Shown in pieces: positions 62,501 to 64,000 of a DNA stretch of 64,000 nt (its first letter is position 1; each line of letters begins with the position of its first letter). A model generated the notes under the pieces. The model searched no databases. It was not told the DNA's origin and saw only the letters and a list, made by a program, of their open reading frames with translations. The position numbers were made by a program, and so were the translations under genes. The DNA lies in NCBI GenBank assembly GCA_016748015.1, contig JAAOMT010000349.1:64812-128811 (forward strand). The letters run 5' to 3'. The DNA comes from Geosiphon pyriformis uo1. Taxonomy: Eukaryota > Fungi > Glomeromycota.

Positions 62501-64000
62501 CCTATAGCAAAGATGAGAGACTGCATTGTAGTACCCTTGAGAATAAAAAAATTGTCCCCATAGAGAACGTCAAACTTGTTGCATACCAACAAGATCCTAT
62601 CAGAGAGAATTTTGGAAAGAATTTTGCAAGCTGTCTCAATCAAGGTAATAGGGCAAGTATTTGTAAGGACTCTTTTCCATTCATGTGGTTTAGGAATCAT
62701 TGAGACTCATACCTCCTTCCAAGCACTAGACACTGATTCACTTGAGAGACAGGAATTAATAAGCACTAAGAGCATATCGAGAACAGATTTGTCACAATTT
62801 TTCCACAGTTCATTAGAGATGCCCAAGAGTCCAGCGGCTTTACCATCAAACAGGTCTGAAAACACACTAAACAAATCATTGAAGCTTATACAGCCCATAG
62901 TGTCAGCAAAAGCGTTATCAAAAACATATTCCAATGGTTGATATTGACATGATCATTTATTATTAACATCCAGAACTACACCACATTTCTGTGTCCAACC
63001 CTCCATGATCTCATTCACCTTAGATTTAACATGATCAGGCTCCAAAATCATCTCATCCCCAACAACCAGGTGATCCAACACCATCTTGCGAAAAGGTCAT
63101 TCCAGAACACTTCTGATAGTATGGCCTTTGTTTGACTTGAAACTTTCTATCTTTTTATTAATAGCCAACCTGATCTGAAAATCCTCAGTGCATTTTGATT
63201 CCAACAATTTCGATGCATGATAGGATTTCCTGACTTTGAACAGAGCTGAATGGATGCTGTCAAAAGGAGACCCTAAGAAAAAGAGAGACCTCATCACATT
63301 TACATTAACAGAATCAAAAGAATCTCAGATATTGAGCAGTAAAACAAACTTATCATAATCAACCAAATGAGAAGCTTTAACCAATTCAGAAACCAGAAGC
63401 TCCAACCTATAGAATCTAGATGAATATTTGGTAAAAACTCCATCATATTTCTTAAACCATTTTTTTTTGAACACCTCATTAGCTAAAAAACACATTGTTC
63501 TACAAATAGCATTCCACATAGCATCTAAGTCCGAGCTTTCATTGGCTTCCAAGAAACCACCAGCAAACATGGCAGTATTTGCCACTGTAGCTTTCTTGAA
63601 CTTTGACCATAAAGTGGCATCAGCATTTTTAAAATTATACTTCCAGCGATTCCTATTGGCCTGCTTGTGAAGCAAACACAGACAAGTGTCTAACAATCCA
63701 CCCAAACTGACTAACACCAAGATAAACTGGTGGTCAGTATCAAAGAATCCACTAACATCCAAGACACTGCAATTCACTATAGCATTGACCAAATTGGGAG
63801 ACACAAACAGATAGTCAATTGTCTTTGCCACACCACGTGAATTACTCCACATTGAAGCTTTCAGAAACACACTGTTGACGAAAAAGTTAACCAGGCCTAA
63901 TGCACCACACTTCTTGAAGCTAGCACTCTTATGAGAACTATCTTCATTGAAGTCACCACCAAAAATTATGAAAGAAGATTCATTCATAGCACCAGCAATC
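59565..64000 (-). mobile_element. Non-LTR retrotransposon (LINE 3), 3' 4.4 kb; continues beyond the window
   Basis: (TAAA)n tail at about 59565-59590; ORF2 fragments, less decayed than LINE 1 and 2. Confidence 0.93.
59731..64000 (-). pseudogene. LINE ORF2 (APE-RT-RNase H-CCHC), disrupted
   Basis: GGDFN, IDYLF and DTDH (APE); AFVDD (RT); VYTDRS, AEMQAIALTLEC, SDSQ and KSHSGVLGNDQAD (RNase H). Confidence 0.93.

Overview
This is AT-rich eukaryotic DNA made almost entirely of decayed transposable elements; I found no host gene. The element families resemble those of Glomeromycotina fungi (Geosiphon-like), but that is recollection, not a search result. Left part: two apparently full-length LINEs (APE-RT-RNaseH) point away from each other (2.1-8.8 kb on minus, 10.8-16.2 kb on plus), with an internally deleted hAT between them. 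The second LINE breaks off at an intron-containing hAT transposon starting at about 16210. That hAT is split by a 40.4-kb nest of Ty3/Gypsy LTR retrotransposons (18557-58943) and by a third LINE (from 59565). The nest resolves through 4-bp target-site duplications (TSDs): element A contains same-family element X, X contains C, C contains D, and a solo D-LTR is also present. TSD geometry and LTR pairing show that X inserted antiparallel into A and that the segment between them was later inverted. The most notable biology is an architecture shared by all four Gypsy copies (three LTR subfamilies). One long ORF encodes Gag, protease, a Cys-rich domain, dUTPase, RT and RNase H, and stops right after RNase H. 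Integrase is a separate ORF of 1383-1386 nt with its own start. An unknown, soluble-looking ORF3 occupies the env position. All elements are pseudogenised by pervasive C>T/G>A change. An assembly gap lies at 42534-42942.
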